The notes under the pieces were generated by a model. It was not told where the DNA came from. It did no database searches and saw only the letters and a list, made by a program, of their open reading frames with translations. The position numbers were made by a program, and so were the translations under genes. This document shows, piece by piece, positions 12,823 through 29,900 of a DNA stretch of 64,000 nt; position 1 is the first letter of the stretch, and every line of letters starts with the position of its first letter. The stretch lies in NCBI RefSeq assembly GCF_009914755.1, contig NC_060928.1; one strand, 5' to 3'. The stretch is from the human T2T-CHM13v2.0 reference genome, Homo sapiens.

Positions 12823-14534
12823 TAAAATGAGTAAGTTTTGGAATCCAGAGCTTAGGTCTGACATTAATTAGCTATGAGGAAAGAGGTGGATCAAATAAAA
12901 AATTACAATAAGAAAGAATTTAACAGACACACTATATTATGCAGGAACAACACTCAAATTAATTTTAACAGTATTTAACATATATTGGATCATTGTTTAA
13001 ATGAATGAGTATAACAAATTCACCATGAATCCTGTTATAGAAGAGTTAGTGTCTGAAGTGCCTGCAGCCATTAAGTGGTGATATTACTTATGAGGATTCC
13101 AGTGGCATATTCCTTAAGCATGGAATGTTTTATGCCACTCACTTACTGCATGTGGCACTGGATCTTTTAAGTGCTTAAATGATTCCCACTATGTCTTTTT
13201 AAAAAATAGATTATTGTTTACTTGGCATAAACTATAAAAATGCTTTTCCATTCATCGGGAAGAACTCACTTGTTCTTTAGGCAAGACTTTCTTTTTCACA
13301 AAATGCCATTTACTCTTAGTGTTGAATGTTTGTCATGCCAAGGATGAACGTGATGCCTTGATAATAATTCTGGACTTGCTGTTGTTCACTTGGACACTGT
13401 TAGCTAATCCACCAAGAAACATACTTTCATTTCCATCATCATCATTAGGATGGGTGAGTCATACAGGAGGTCTGGGGTACTTTATGATTAAATCCAGGAA
13501 GGCTTGGAAATACCTTAATTCTATATTTTCCATGATAAACACAGCCAGATTTTTTAAGTTAAGAATGTTTGGACATTTACAAGACATGGATAGTTGTCCA
13601 ATGTTCCAGTGCTTGTTCTGTTAAGATTTCAGTGTTTGGTTAGCTGATTTTTTTTTTCTTTTTCCTTTTCTCTTTGTATACTTAGAGGAGAGAAAACACT
13701 CCTCAGAGTTGGGCTTGTAATATCTATTTGAGGTTTAGATTTACACTGTGACTGTTTTTGCCTGGGGTAGGGGAGAGTTTCTTAGGTTGGGTTCTCTTAA
13801 TTTCCACCTAGAGACCTAGATCGATACCTAGAATTTTAGATAAGCAACACCTTTTTTGGAGCACATGGTTAGCTTTCTTCAAGTGGCTTGAGGTATTTTT
13901 TGTTTCCAAATATCATTTGAAATATGATTTCCTTTTTGTACTCTTGACCAATCACTCTGCAATGCTGAGAACATTTGCCTATATCTAATTGATTTGTTTT
14001 GAGGAGCTATGCCAGAAACCGCATAGACTCTGAACAGTAATAATCACGTATATTATTTAGGAACACATTGTTCCGGTGGTACTTCGTCTTTATTTTTTGC
14101 ACAACTCTGTCCCCTTTCTCTTTTTGCCTCCTTTGGCACTATTTCTTATCGCCTTCCCAAAGATGCAATCCACTCCAGTGTTGGCAGGCAATAATGGCCC
14201 TGAGAAGCACCCTGAACCACATGTTTGAAAAAGAGGAATTATATGAGCTCAGAATTTGCTTGGTGTGCAGCATTTATAGTATTAACCAGGGGCCATTTTG
14301 CCAGCTTCCCTAAAGTATATTCAGGCTTCATCTTGACAGCAGATAATCACATTTGCAGGTTGTATTTTAATTAATTTTACTTGCAACTGTAATTTTATAA
14401 ATCCATACCTATTCAGTTTGCAGGCCAATCTTTCTGCTATTGGGTAACTTTTATTTTTGAAATATCTAACATTTATACCTATTAATTTGGAAGTGTGCTG
14501 TTAATCCTGTAAGTATCACTTACTGTGTTTTATT

Positions 14535-14665
14535 TATTTCTGACTTGCACTAGGCTGTGAACTAGTGAATAAAGATGTTGTCTTATTGTTCTTTGATTCC
14601 CAAACCCTAGGAAAGTAATTGGCACAGATTAAGTGTTCAATAAAAGTTGAATGAATGAATTAATG
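14535..14665 (+). mobile_element. L2 3' end
   Basis: ctaggctgtgaact...ttggcacagattaagtgttcaataaaagttgaatgaatgaat. Confidence 0.7.
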
Positions 14666-14669
14666 TGAG

Positions 14670-16335
14670 TGTGGGTCAAAAACACATGGCAGCCTTACTA
14701 GGGGATTGGCTTAACAAATGGTGGTTAAAAATTCTTCCAATAGGCAGACCTTTGGGAAGTGCACTTTGTTATGTGTGAATTATGGGCAGAGGCAAATGGT
14801 CTAGCATGAAAGCTTTTAAGTTTGGAAGGAAAAGGTTTGGAAGACTGGAGACGAAGTAGTCTGGGGTACAGACATTTCGATAAACATATGAAAGTGAGCA
14901 CACGTGGAAAGATCAAGATTTTTATATTAGTAGTAGTTCATGCAACCAAGAGGACAATATGACCCAACCTGTCTTAAACTCAGCCAGCCTCTGTTGTTGT
15001 CTACCCAGTGCTGGCAGGTTGGCCATACAGTACCAGTAATGGAGACAGAAGTCACACATGGGCCTAATGTCATGAACTCCCACTTACCAGGGCTGATCTA
15101 GCTACTGCCACTGCTGAATGTCTGATATGCCAGCAACAGAGGTAACTACTGAGCTCCCAATATGGCATCATTCCTCAAGGAGATAAATTCATCCCTTATT
15201 GGCCAGCTGATTATATTATTGGGGACTTTCCATCCTGGAAGGAGCAGTGATTCATTCTCAGAAGAATAGACATATATCCCAGATATGGGTTTTCTTTTTC
15301 TGTCCACAGGGCCTTACCCAGTACCATTATCTTAAGATTTAAGTGTTTGATCCACTGGTGTAAAACCCCACACAATGTTGTATTAGAACAGGCAGCAAAC
15401 TTTATATCAAAAGGGATATTTGGGCTCATAACCATGGGATCAACTGTTCATGTCACATTCTGCACTACCCACAAGCTGACAGCCTGATAGATCACTGAAT
15501 AGCCTGTGGAAGGCATAGCTGAAGTGCCAGCTTGGGAAGTGGTAGCCTGCATGTATGACATGTTATCCTCTAGGATTTCATTCAAGGCAATATAGGCCTT
15601 GAATGGAAAAGCTTATACGGCATTGTATTTCCAGTGGGAAATGAAACAAAGAGGTAGAAAAAGGAGTAGCTCTTTGTACCATCCCTCCCAATAACCTGCT
15701 GGGGGAATTTGGTGATTCACATCCTTGCAACACTAGGATCTAAAGAGTTAGAGGTCCTAGGCTTCCAAAAGGGCACACTGTAAGCAGGGGACATAGCAAA
15801 GCTACCATTAAATTTTAAGCTACACACTTGGGATCCTTGCATCCCAGGGCCAGCATGCAAGAGCCAGAGGTAACTGACTTGACAGGGGTAATTGACTAAT
15901 CAGCAGGAGGAGTTGGACCTGCTGTTACATAGTAAAACAGAAAGGAATATGTGTGAACCCAGATGATCCACATGGGTACCTCCTGGAACTCCATTTCCCA
16001 AATATTACTGATAATATATAGATACATAAACTACAGCATGGTGCCTGGAACCTAGAGTCTTTGAGCATGAAGATTTGGGTCATGGCACCATGTAAATCAC
16101 CCAGGACAGAAGAAGTAGAAGCTAAGCATGAGGGAAATCTAGAGTAGACAGTGAAGCAAAGAGATGATGAATATCAACTGTGGACCTGAGATAGCTGTAG
16201 AAGTGAAGACTATTGCTTATCCTACTAAATTGTCTCTTCTAAGTTTTACCTCAGGAAGACAGGCCCATCAAAATCCTGGAGAAGCTGCTCCCCGAGTGTA
16301 TTTAAAAGATAATATGAGTGGTATAAGAAATGGGC
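14670..16335 (+). pseudogene. ERVL (HERV16/ERVL-E-like) degraded pol, RNase H to integrase, and 3' internal region
   Basis: Readable remnants WAEANGLA, WKEKVWKTGDEVVWG (RNase H), HELPLTRADLATATAECLICQQQR (integrase zinc finger) and IDIYPRYGFSF (integrase core); many stops and frameshifts. Confidence 0.85.
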
Positions 16336-16720
16336 TGTGGTAGATGAGGGCATGCATAACGCAATTCCTTATCCCAGAAAAATCTAGATGACCAAATGTG
16401 GAGAGGAAGATTAGTAGGCACCCTCCAGCTGCCAACTCGTCAGAGTCTGCCTTAGCTGCATATAGCTGTTTCACTTTAGGTCATTCCATCCTTGGGCAGT
16501 TTGCATCCAGTTACAGATTGAGACATGTCCATAAAGGCTTTTTAATTTTAGCTTGGTGAAGGATGACTCTAATGGGCAATATGTCCTCCATATGTCCCCT
16601 CCAGGTTGGCTGAGGCTTTGTTAGATATACATCGCAGTCCAGCTTCTCCCTCTGCCCAATCTTAATTCTTTCCCCTTTTTTCAGATGTACAGATCCCTAA
16701 TAAACCTTCCTGGTACAAAA
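16336..16720 (+). mobile_element. LTR16-family 3' LTR
   Basis: Starts TGTGGTAG directly after the ERVL internal region; ggttggctgaggctttgtt, cttctccctctgcccaatc, ctaataaacc. Confidence 0.8.
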
Positions 16721-16759
16721 TGGGGCTGAAAAGTTATGGAGAGATTTGACTCAGGAGAG

Positions 16760-17065
16760 TCTTATTAGTATGTATTAAGAATTTGGGCTTCATTACAGGG
16801 TAATCGGAATACATTCAAGAGTTTTAAATAAAGGAGTGACATGATTGATTTGCATTTTTAAAACCACCTTATCAACAGAAGGGAACAGATAGAAGTGAGA
16901 GCATTTTTAATGTTCTAGAGGTGGGGTCAATGGAACTGTGTGCAGGAAGTTCTGATGCTGCTGCAGATATTCAAGCAAGAGATGTGGTGGCTTGAACTAA
17001 GAATGTGACAATGACCAAAGAGTTATTTAGGAGGCATGAAGTCATTTTTTGGACAAAGGAGTACA
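16760..17065 (-). mobile_element. L2 fragment
   Basis: gagttttaaataaaggagtgacatgattgatttgcatttta; gcaagagatgtggtggcttgaactaag. Confidence 0.7.
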
Positions 17066-17572
17066 AATGAAGGAGAGTCAAGAACAAACAAGAGGAAATT
17101 CAACAAGACTCTTTTGTAAAGAAGGTACAGCACAGTGGCTTCATCTATAGCCAACAGGATAATTTCTAGAAAGTAAACCTTATTACTAAGATGACTACTA
17201 ACGTTACTGTGTTTTGATGTCAGAGTTTTGCTGTTCTGAGTCCTTGTTACTGATGTATAGCTATTGTGTTGTAAATTTACATTACAAGATTTAAGGTAAC
17301 TTGCCCTCACAAAGCCTGTGACTGAAGATATTCTTCCTTTCTCTGTCTTTTTTTTTTTCTTTGCTTCTATATTATACTGGCTTGGCTCTCAACATCAAAG
17401 TGATACAATAAAGAGATCACCTGTAATAAGAACTATCCCCGACTAGATTTACATGATCTCAAAAGAGTAGTTTCTTTTTAATGTTAATAATGACATTATA
17501 TCTGTATTATATAATTCTACTTCTGACCCACACTGCCTGTCAGGTGAAACTTCGATTGAGATGAAGAGAAGG

Positions 17573-17891
<319 letters not shown>

Positions 17892-17982
17892 TTACCATAG
17901 TTAATTATTTGCCTCTTCCAAATATTGACTGCTGATAAACAGACCACCTCTTTAATTTAGGGTTAAGCATTTTGTTTTGTGA

Positions 17983-18290
<308 letters not shown>

Positions 18291-18375
18291 CATTGTTTTA
18301 TGATTTCTATCCTGGAATGTCTTCATCATATTTGTTTCAATTATCCTTGATATATTTTAGAGGCTGAGAAGATTT

Positions 18376-18662
18376 TTTTTTTCTTTTGAGATGGAGTCTC
18401 ACTTTTTTGCCCAGCCTGGAGTGCAATGGCGAGATCTTGGCTCACTACAGCCTCCGTCTTCTGGGTTCAACAGATTGTCCTGCCTCCGCCTCCCCAGTAG
18501 CTGAGATTACAGGCATGTGCCACGCCTGGCTAATTTTTGTCTTATTAGTAGAAATGGGGTTTCACCATGTTAGCCAGGCTGGTCTCAAATTCCTGACCTC
18601 AACTGATCCACCTCAGCCTCCCAAAGTGCTGGGATTACAGGCATGAGCCACCACGCCCAGCC
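18376..18662 (-). mobile_element. AluS (Sx/Sz)
   Basis: Antisense Alu; 17-bp TSD agaggctgagaagattt / agaggctgagaaaattt. Confidence 0.92.
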
Positions 18663-20184
18663 AGAGGCTGAGAAAATTTGACAGAAGAGAAAGTGCTAGA
18701 GGTGTTTGCCAAAAGCATATGTAGGAAACAATTTGCATGGGCTCTCTGGGCATTGAACTAGTTGGTAAGGTTGGAGTGAAAAGCAGAGAGGGAGGAATGT
18801 CTTTATTCCCAGTCATTCATTTCCAAAAGAGAAGAGTAAAGCTGATGATTTCTTTAGATGCTAGAAGCCAAGAGTCATTATCTTCCTCAGTCTCTGAGAA
18901 AGACTAAGTGATCCATTAAAAAACAAAATGTTCCACATGGTAGGAATAGACACCCAATATTTTAGGTGTGTGTGAAATGAAATGATCCATGTAAGTGATT
19001 TTTCCAGCTGAAGCTTATCTATGTTAAGTGCTAAAGTTTATTTTTTTAATGGGAGTCTTTAAAAAATGTTTCACACATTTCTCTTGGTTTTGCAAGAAAG
19101 GGCATTTGGTATCACTTAAACATTCTCTGTAAATGTTCAAATTTCCAAAACATGCACTGTCTCAGAACTGTCATTAGAAATACTAATTAATATGCTATAA
19201 TGTGACATAATATTCTGAATTATTATCTTGAGATTTAGGTTGCTTTATACTTAATGGCTTCAGGCTGTTATATTTTTCAATTTCTTGCCTCTATTATTTT
19301 TAGTTTTTCTCACTTTTTTGAAATATATATGCAGCAACAGTAAACAGGGTTTCTGTGGTTAAGAAACATTTAAAGTATTAATCTCACACATCTCATTGGT
19401 GATTTTTTGGTTCATTATGCATTCATCACTCTTTCTACTTCTTTATTCACTTGTCTTTTTTAATTTTTATTTTTTACTCGCTGATTTTTCACGATATTAC
19501 TGGTATTGCTTATGAGATAAGAGAGCCAAAGTACTCTCCTGAAGAACTAGAAATTTGTTCTTTTTGAGTTCAGGGAGAAAAAATGAACATATTGTCTTGA
19601 TGTATATTGTGAAAAACTACAAATAGGGTTAACATTGTTGCAGGCATAAATTCTTATATGTTTAGGGGTTACTGCTGCCTGTGCTATTTGTTCACACAAT
19701 TGAAGTACCTAAGTAGTAAACTGGCCTTCTTAACACAAAGGTTTATCTACCAAGTTGAATGCTGGAGGAGCAGAGAAGGAAGCTATTGCAAAAGGGCACC
19801 ATCACAGTAGTCAGTGATTGATGATGTATGAGGGAATGGAGTGTATCTTAGGTAGAACATGGGCTGGAGCTCCTGGGAGTTGGAAAATAACAGAAATGAC
19901 TATCACAAATGGTCCCATAGGACATAATCTCAAGGCACTGCCAGAAAAGTTTTTGTAGCTGATAATTTTTTCCTTTTGGGTGGTATGAGGGAAGGTGTGA
20001 GGGAATATCTTTGGCTATAATCTTTTATTTTCTTTCATCTCTTTATTTCGAAAGAAGGTATAAAAGCAAGCAAAAAACAAACAAACAAACAAAAACCTGA
20101 AAAAACAGTGGTAGTGAAGATCTCATGGCCAAAAGCTTTGAGAAAGAATACTGCAGGGATTGCAAAGCCTTTGGAAGCCTACAA

Positions 20185-20420
20185 CAGTGTGCTCTGAGGG
20201 TATTGGTCTTAAGAACCAAATGGACTTGGTTCAAGACTTGCTTTTGCTCTTCTAAGCCATGGAGTCTTGGGGAAATAGTTAACCATTTTAAATTATAATA
20301 CTTTCATTTGTGAAATAGGAGTATTAGTACCTACTTCATAGCACTGAGGGAATTTAGTCAAATCACATGCTTACTATACTTAAGGTAAGTGTGTAAAGAA
20401 TTGCAGCTTTAATAACTAAT
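20185..20420 (+). mobile_element. MIR
   Basis: gacttggttcaagacttgc...gtcttggggaaatagttaacc...tttcatttgtgaaataggagtattagtacctacttcatag. Confidence 0.7.
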
Positions 20421-20761
20421 GTGCTAAAACATTAAACTTTCTTATTGTCTTGGTTTGAAGGCTCAAGTTTCTTTGTAACTCAAATATATTAATAGTATTT
20501 ATGGATTTCCTTCTCTAACAGAATGATTTTAGTTTTATCTGGGCTTCATTGGTCCAGGGCATATTATTCTCCCATTTTATTTTCTATTTAGGAAGATGAA
20601 AAAGTGTTTTGAAATATCCTCTCTGATTGGGGGGTAGGGAATTTGGGGAGAGAAGAAAGATATACAAATTCTTTATTTTTTCTAAAGTAAGTTTTGAATT
20701 TGCAATAAATATTTTGCTTGGGAAAAATAATTCTTAGCTAGTTTTAATAATGCCAAAGCAA

Positions 20762-21022
20762 GGCCGGGTGCAGTGGCTCACGCCTGTAATCCTAGCACTT
20801 TGGGAGGCCTAGGCAGGCAGATCACCTGAGGTCAGAAGTTCGAGACCAGCCTGGCCAACATAGTGAAACCCCATCTCTACAAAAATAAAAATTAGCCGGG
20901 CATGATGGCGGGTGCTGTAAGGCAGGGGAATCGCTTGAACCTGGAAGGCGGAGGTTGCGTGAGCTGAGATCGTGTCATTGCACTCCAAAGACGTCGTCTC
21001 AAAAAACAAACAAACAAAAAAA
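20762..21022 (+). mobile_element. AluSx-like with two internal deletions in the right arm
   Basis: Lacks tcccagctactcgggaggctga and gcctgggcgacagagc relative to consensus; (CAAA)n tail. Confidence 0.88.
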
Positions 21023-21112
21023 GCCAAGACAAGTCCTCTGATTACCACAGCTCTCTCTATTTAGTTTCTTTAAAATTATGCTTTTGTTACAAAAATTCAC
21101 ATTTATATTTTT

Positions 21113-21342
21113 GACATTCACCCAATGCCTGTGCCTGCATTGTGTCTTGGATATAACCAACTAGTTTTTGATTTTACAGGCTCATAGGAGGAAGGGATTT
21201 GCCTTGTCTCAGATGAGGCTTTGGACTAGGACTTTTGAGTTAATGCTGGAATGAATTAAGACTTTGGTGGACTGTTGGGAAGGTATGATTGTGTTTTGAA
21301 ATGTGAGAAGGACATGAGATTTGGGAGGGGCCAGGAGTGGAA
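21113..21342 (+). mobile_element. MST/THE1 internal region, 3' end
   Basis: cccaatgcctgt...gattttacaggctcatagg...gagatttgggaggggccagg polypurine tract. Confidence 0.85.
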
Positions 21343-21729
21343 TGATATGTTTGGCTCTTTGTCTCCACCCAATTCTTATGTCGAATTGTATTAATAATTC
21401 CCGGTGTTGGAGGAGAGACCTGGTGGGAAGCGATTGGATCCTGGAGGCAGATTTTCCCCTTGCTGTTCTTGTGAGAGTGAGTGAGTTTTCATGAGATCTG
21501 GTTGTTTGAAAGTGTGTGGCACCTTCCCCTTGGCTCTCTTACTCCTGCTCCACCATGGTAAGACGTGCCTGCTTCCCCTTCACCTTCCGCCATGATTGTG
21601 ATTTTCCTGAGGCCTCCAGTCATGCTTCCTGTATAGTCTGTGGAACTGTGAGTCAATTAAACCTCTTTTCTTCATAAATTACTCAGTCTCAGGTAGTTCT
21701 TTATAACAGTGTGAGAATAAACTAATAGA
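21343..21729 (+). mobile_element. MSTA LTR
   Basis: TGATATG..., gagatctggttgtttgaaagtgtgtggcacc, ccatggtaagacgtgcctgcttcccc, ends actaataga. Confidence 0.85.
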
Positions 21730-22154
21730 GAATCTAAATCTAAAATGTTATTTAACTGGAATATAAATGCCAGGGACTATGGTAGGTGATGAGAATACTT
21801 CCATGCAAAGATTTTAATATATTGTTCAACATAGAGTGTACCTCTACAAAGTTCAGACATTTGAGAATGAAAGATTAAACAACGACGAAGTCAATGTCTC
21901 ATCAATAGGGACATCATTAAATAAAAGACTTTTGGATAACATTTTATAAGAAAACTCATTGGGACAACAGGGCTTTAAACTTCACCTAGTTTATTCTGTA
22001 TCTGGAGGCGTAACCAAAACTTTATTATATAAAAGAATGAAGGAAATTGAAAACAGGGAATTGCAGAATGCCAACAAAATTATCATTCCTGTATACATAA
22101 TATTTATAGTGCCAAATGCCAGTAGAAATTCCTTTTGCATTTTATTGTTGCCTA

Positions 22155-25462
<3,308 letters not shown>

Positions 25463-25945
25463 AAAAAAAGAAACTTTCCCAATGGTCTTCTCTTTGTTAA
25501 ATACTTTCAGGCTGGGTGCCTATGATCCACAAGTTTTCAATGGGCATGCTCCAGGTAGTCTTCAGGAATGCTTAAAGTCTTTTTTTTTATTAATATGGAG
25601 CAGTCATAATTGCTTACTTCCACATATCAGACTAATATGTAATTTTAGACAAGATTTGGAACAGCTTTACCAAGGTCACTGCCAGAGTTCAGGAAGACTG
25701 AGGACCTGTGTCTTTATTCTTTGTAGCATATGCCACCTCTCTTTTTTCCTTTGCTCTATTTCCCTTCTTATTCTGTCCCTCCTCTCTGTTTTTCTCATTC
25801 AGTCATGCAGTCATATATTTTTAGGCTTTGATTTTCACTGGCAGCAATAGTGTAATTTTTCACTAGTTTTGGCTTAGAGTTCATTTTGCTTTTCAGACTC
25901 ACTTATCTTTGTTTCATTACCAATTGTAGCTTTGTCCATTTTCAG

Positions 25946-26012
25946 AGAGAAGCTATGAGAAAAGAGCTACAAGAGAAAAATGGCAGCATTGCAAAGTGCA
26001 AGAACACTGAAG
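25946..26012 (+). other. Candidate 67-nt internal exon
   Basis: Acceptor ctttgtccattttcag|, purine-rich body, donor AAG|gtattg; non-repeat sequence. Confidence 0.3.
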
Positions 26013-26394
26013 GTATTGTGTAGAAATTCTGATGACTTCAGTATTTTTTTTTCCATTTTGTCCTTTATTATGTGTTGGTCTAAAAAAGAATGATTGATGA
26101 GTGGAAACTATGAATGGATATATAATAAATGCATAATAAATAACATCTCAACATTCCTATCACAACATTTAATAAAAGGAGCCCCAAGTGGAATATGTTT
26201 CTGAAGCTTCAATACTGAGTTGATAAACAGATATTCAATAACTGTATATTAATATCAATTGAATTGAAAGTCAGAGATTATATCTTTATAACTAGTAATA
26301 TAATTAAACTCCATGTAAGACAGAAAAGATTAGCAGTGTACAGAATGTGTTGCTGAACTCTCGGGGGAGTTTGAGGAGTTGGTCACATCTTGGT

Positions 26395-26760
26395 AAAGCT
26401 CACTGGGATGTACACCACACTCTCCCCAAATCCAGGGAACTTGCAGTCCTTCTTGATTTCACCTTAGTCTCAGCACTGCACCAGCCTCAAGCCCCATCAG
26501 TCTTCCCATTTATTAATTTTGTGGCTCAAATTGTTCACAAGAGAGTCTAATTACCTTCATTCTTAATACTAATTCTATACTACAGGTCCTAATCATCTCT
26601 TGGCTGAGCTCCTACAACAGCCTCTAACCTCAACTTTTTACTTGTATTTTATTCTTTATTTTTCTTTATCTTCCACAAATCCCATTCCCAGATTTGTAAC
26701 TGAAAGTATGGCCATGCAATAGTTCTGTTGAAAGCCTTTCAATGGCTCCCCAAAGCCAAT
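26395..26760 (+). mobile_element. L2 fragment
   Basis: ggaacttgcagtccttcttgattt, aatcatctcttggctgagctcctacaacagcctctaac, gcctttcaatggctccc. Confidence 0.6.
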
Positions 26761-26954
26761 GTTTTTCATGCTTTTCTCATTGCATAATCCTATCAGTAGA
26801 TAGAACAAGATAAAACAAGAGGGTAATTAAATAAAAATATTTTCAAATGTTCTGCTACTCTTAGTTAATATTCTTATACAAAATAAATGTAGGGCAAGAT
26901 TAACCACTAATGATGGTGGATATAAATCAATATTTCAAATACCTTTATTATTAA

Positions 26955-29900
26955 TTTCTTTTTTAATTGATGTAATAATTATATATATTTTATGGGCTAT
27001 AGAGTGATATTTCAATACATATTTACAATGTGTAATCAAATTAGGGTAATTAGCATATCCATTACCTTGAATATTTATTATTTCTTTGTGTTATGAACAT
27101 TGAAAATCTTCTAGCTTTTTGAAAATATACACTAAATTATTTGTAACCCTACAGTACTATAGAACACTAGAGCTTATTCCTCTTGTTTAGCTGTAACTTT
27201 GTATTTGTTAACCAATGTCTACTTTCCCCCCATCCTTCTCAGCATCTACTGACCACTTCTGTGAGTTCGGTATTTTTTTAGCTCCTCTATATGACTAAGA
27301 ATATGTGGTATTTATATTTCTGTGACTGGTTTATTTCACTTCACAAAATGTCCTCCAGGCTCATCCGTGTTGCTGTGAATGGCAGGATTTCATTATTTTT
27401 TACGGCTGAGTAGAATTCCATTGCGCATATATATATATATATGTGGCGTTTTCTTTATTCATTTATCCATTGATGGGCATTTAGATTGATTCCATATATT
27501 GGCTATTGTTAATACAGCTACAATAAATATGGGGGTCCAAGTTTCTCTTCAACGTAGTGATTTTCTTTCCTTTGGATAAATACCCAGTATGGGATTCCTA
27601 GATCATGTGGGAGTTCAATTTTTAGTTTTTTGAGAAACCTGCATACTGTTTTCCGTAACAGCTATACTGATATATATTCCCATAAACAGCAAATAAGAGT
27701 TTTTTCTTTTCTCTGCATCCTCAACCAGCATTTATTTATTTATTTTTTGTCTTTTTGATGATAACCGTTCTAACTAGGGTAAGATGCTATCTTATTTAAC
27801 TCTGATTTGCATTTTCCTGATGATTATTGTTGAGCATTAATCCCATTGGCCATTTGTATGTCTTCTTTTAACAAATATCTATTACATCCTTTGCCTATTT
27901 TTTAATTGATTTTGTTGTTGTTTTTGTTGAGTAGTTTCAGTTCCTTGTAAATCCTAGATACTAGTCCTTTGTTGGATGAATACTTTGAAAATATTTTCTC
28001 TCTGTAGGTTGTCTCTTCACTCTGTTGATTGTTTCCTATGCTGTGCAGAAGCTTTGTAGTTTGATGTAGTCCCATTTATCTATTTTTGTTTTGTTGCCTG
28101 TGCTTTTGAAGTGTTACCTCTAAAATCTTTGCCCAAACCAACGTCCTGAAGTGTTGTGCCTATGTTTTATTCCAGTAGTTTTATAGTTTCAGGTCTTATG
28201 TTTAAGTATTTTATTCATTTTGAATTGTTTGTATGTGGTGAGAGATATGGGTCTAGTTCTATTGTTTTGCATATGAATATCAAGTTTGCTCAGCACCATT
28301 TATTGAAGACGGTTTCCATTCCCCAATGTATGTTCTTGTTATCTTCGTCAAAAATCAGTTGGTTTTAAATACCTGAATTTCTTTCTGGGTTCTCTTTTAT
28401 GTTCTATTGGTCTATATGTCTGTTTTTATGTCAATATCATATTGTTCTTGTTACTATAACTTTGTTGTATTTTTTAATGTCAGGTTGTGTGATGCCTCCA
28501 GCTTTGTTCTTTTTGCTCAGGATTCCTTTTGCTATTTGAGCTTTTGTGGTTCCATACAAATTTTAGAATTGTTTTTTCTATTTCTGTAAAGAATGTTATT
28601 TAGTATTTTGATAGGAATTGTATTAAATCTGTAGATTGTTTTGGGTAGTAGGGTAATTTTTACTATTGTTACAATATTAATTCTTCCAATCCATGAACAT
28701 AGAATGTCTTTCCATTTTTTGATGTCCTCTTTAATTTCTTTTATCAATGTTTTGTAATTTTTATTGTAAAGATTTTTTACCTCCTTGGTTTAATTTATTC
28801 CTAGTTATTTTATTTTATTTGTAGTTATTATAAATGGGATTACTTTCTTAATTTTTTTCTAGCTAGTTTGTTATTTGTGCATAGAAATGCTACTGTTTTT
28901 GTTAGTTGATTTTGTATCCTGCAAATTTACTGAATTTGTTTATTCTAAGAATTTTTTAGTGGAGTCTTGAGGATGTTTTATTTATAAGATTATGCCATCT
29001 ACAAAGAGAAACAATTTGACTTTCTATTTTACAATTTGGACACTCTTTATTTGTTTGTTGTGTCTTTTGTAAGTTATGAATTATAAATGTACATATTTTG
29101 GGGGGTACATATAATATTTTAATACATGTATACAATGTATAATGACCAAGTCAGGGTAATTGGGATTTCTATCACCTCAAACACTTATTTTTTCTTTGTA
29201 TTAGGAACATTACAATTCTCTTCTCTTTTAAAATAATAAACTATTGTTAACTATTATTTCTCTACTATGCTATTGAATTCTTGAACTTATTTCTTCTATC
29301 TAACTGTATTTTTATACCCATTAACCAACATATCCCCCCTTCCTTTTTCTTGCCTGTTTGCTCTGGTTAGGACGTTTAGTACTATGCTGAATAAGAGAGG
29401 TGAAAATGAACATCTTTGTCTTGTTTATTTCTTAGAGAAAAGGCTTTCAGCTTTTCTTCATTCAGTATGATGTTAGCTGTGGGTTTCTCATATATAGCAT
29501 TTACTGTGTTGAGGGATGCTCTCTCTATATCTAATTTGTTAAGAAGGGATTTTGATTTTGAACAAATGCCTTTTTTTGCATATATTGAGATGATCATATG
29601 TATGGTTTTTGTTCATTCTGTTGATGTGATGTATCACATTTATTGATTTCTGTATATTGAATCACTCTTGCATCCTGGGATAATTTCCATATGATCACTG
29701 TGTATTATCTTTTGGATGTGTTCTTAGATTTAGCTTTCTATTATTTTGTTGCGAAATTTTGCAACTATGTTCCTCAGGAATATCGACCATAGTTTTCTTT
29801 TTTGGCTGTGGTCTTGTTTTGTTATCAGGGTAATGGTGGCTTCATAGAATGAGTTAAAAATAACTCCTTCCTCCTTATATTTTAGAATAGTTTGAGAAGA

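Noticed and set aside
20571-20692. Acceptor tttctatttag with possible donors gtaggg or gtaagt
   Set aside because: Ambiguous boundaries and no supporting frame; such pseudo-exons are common.
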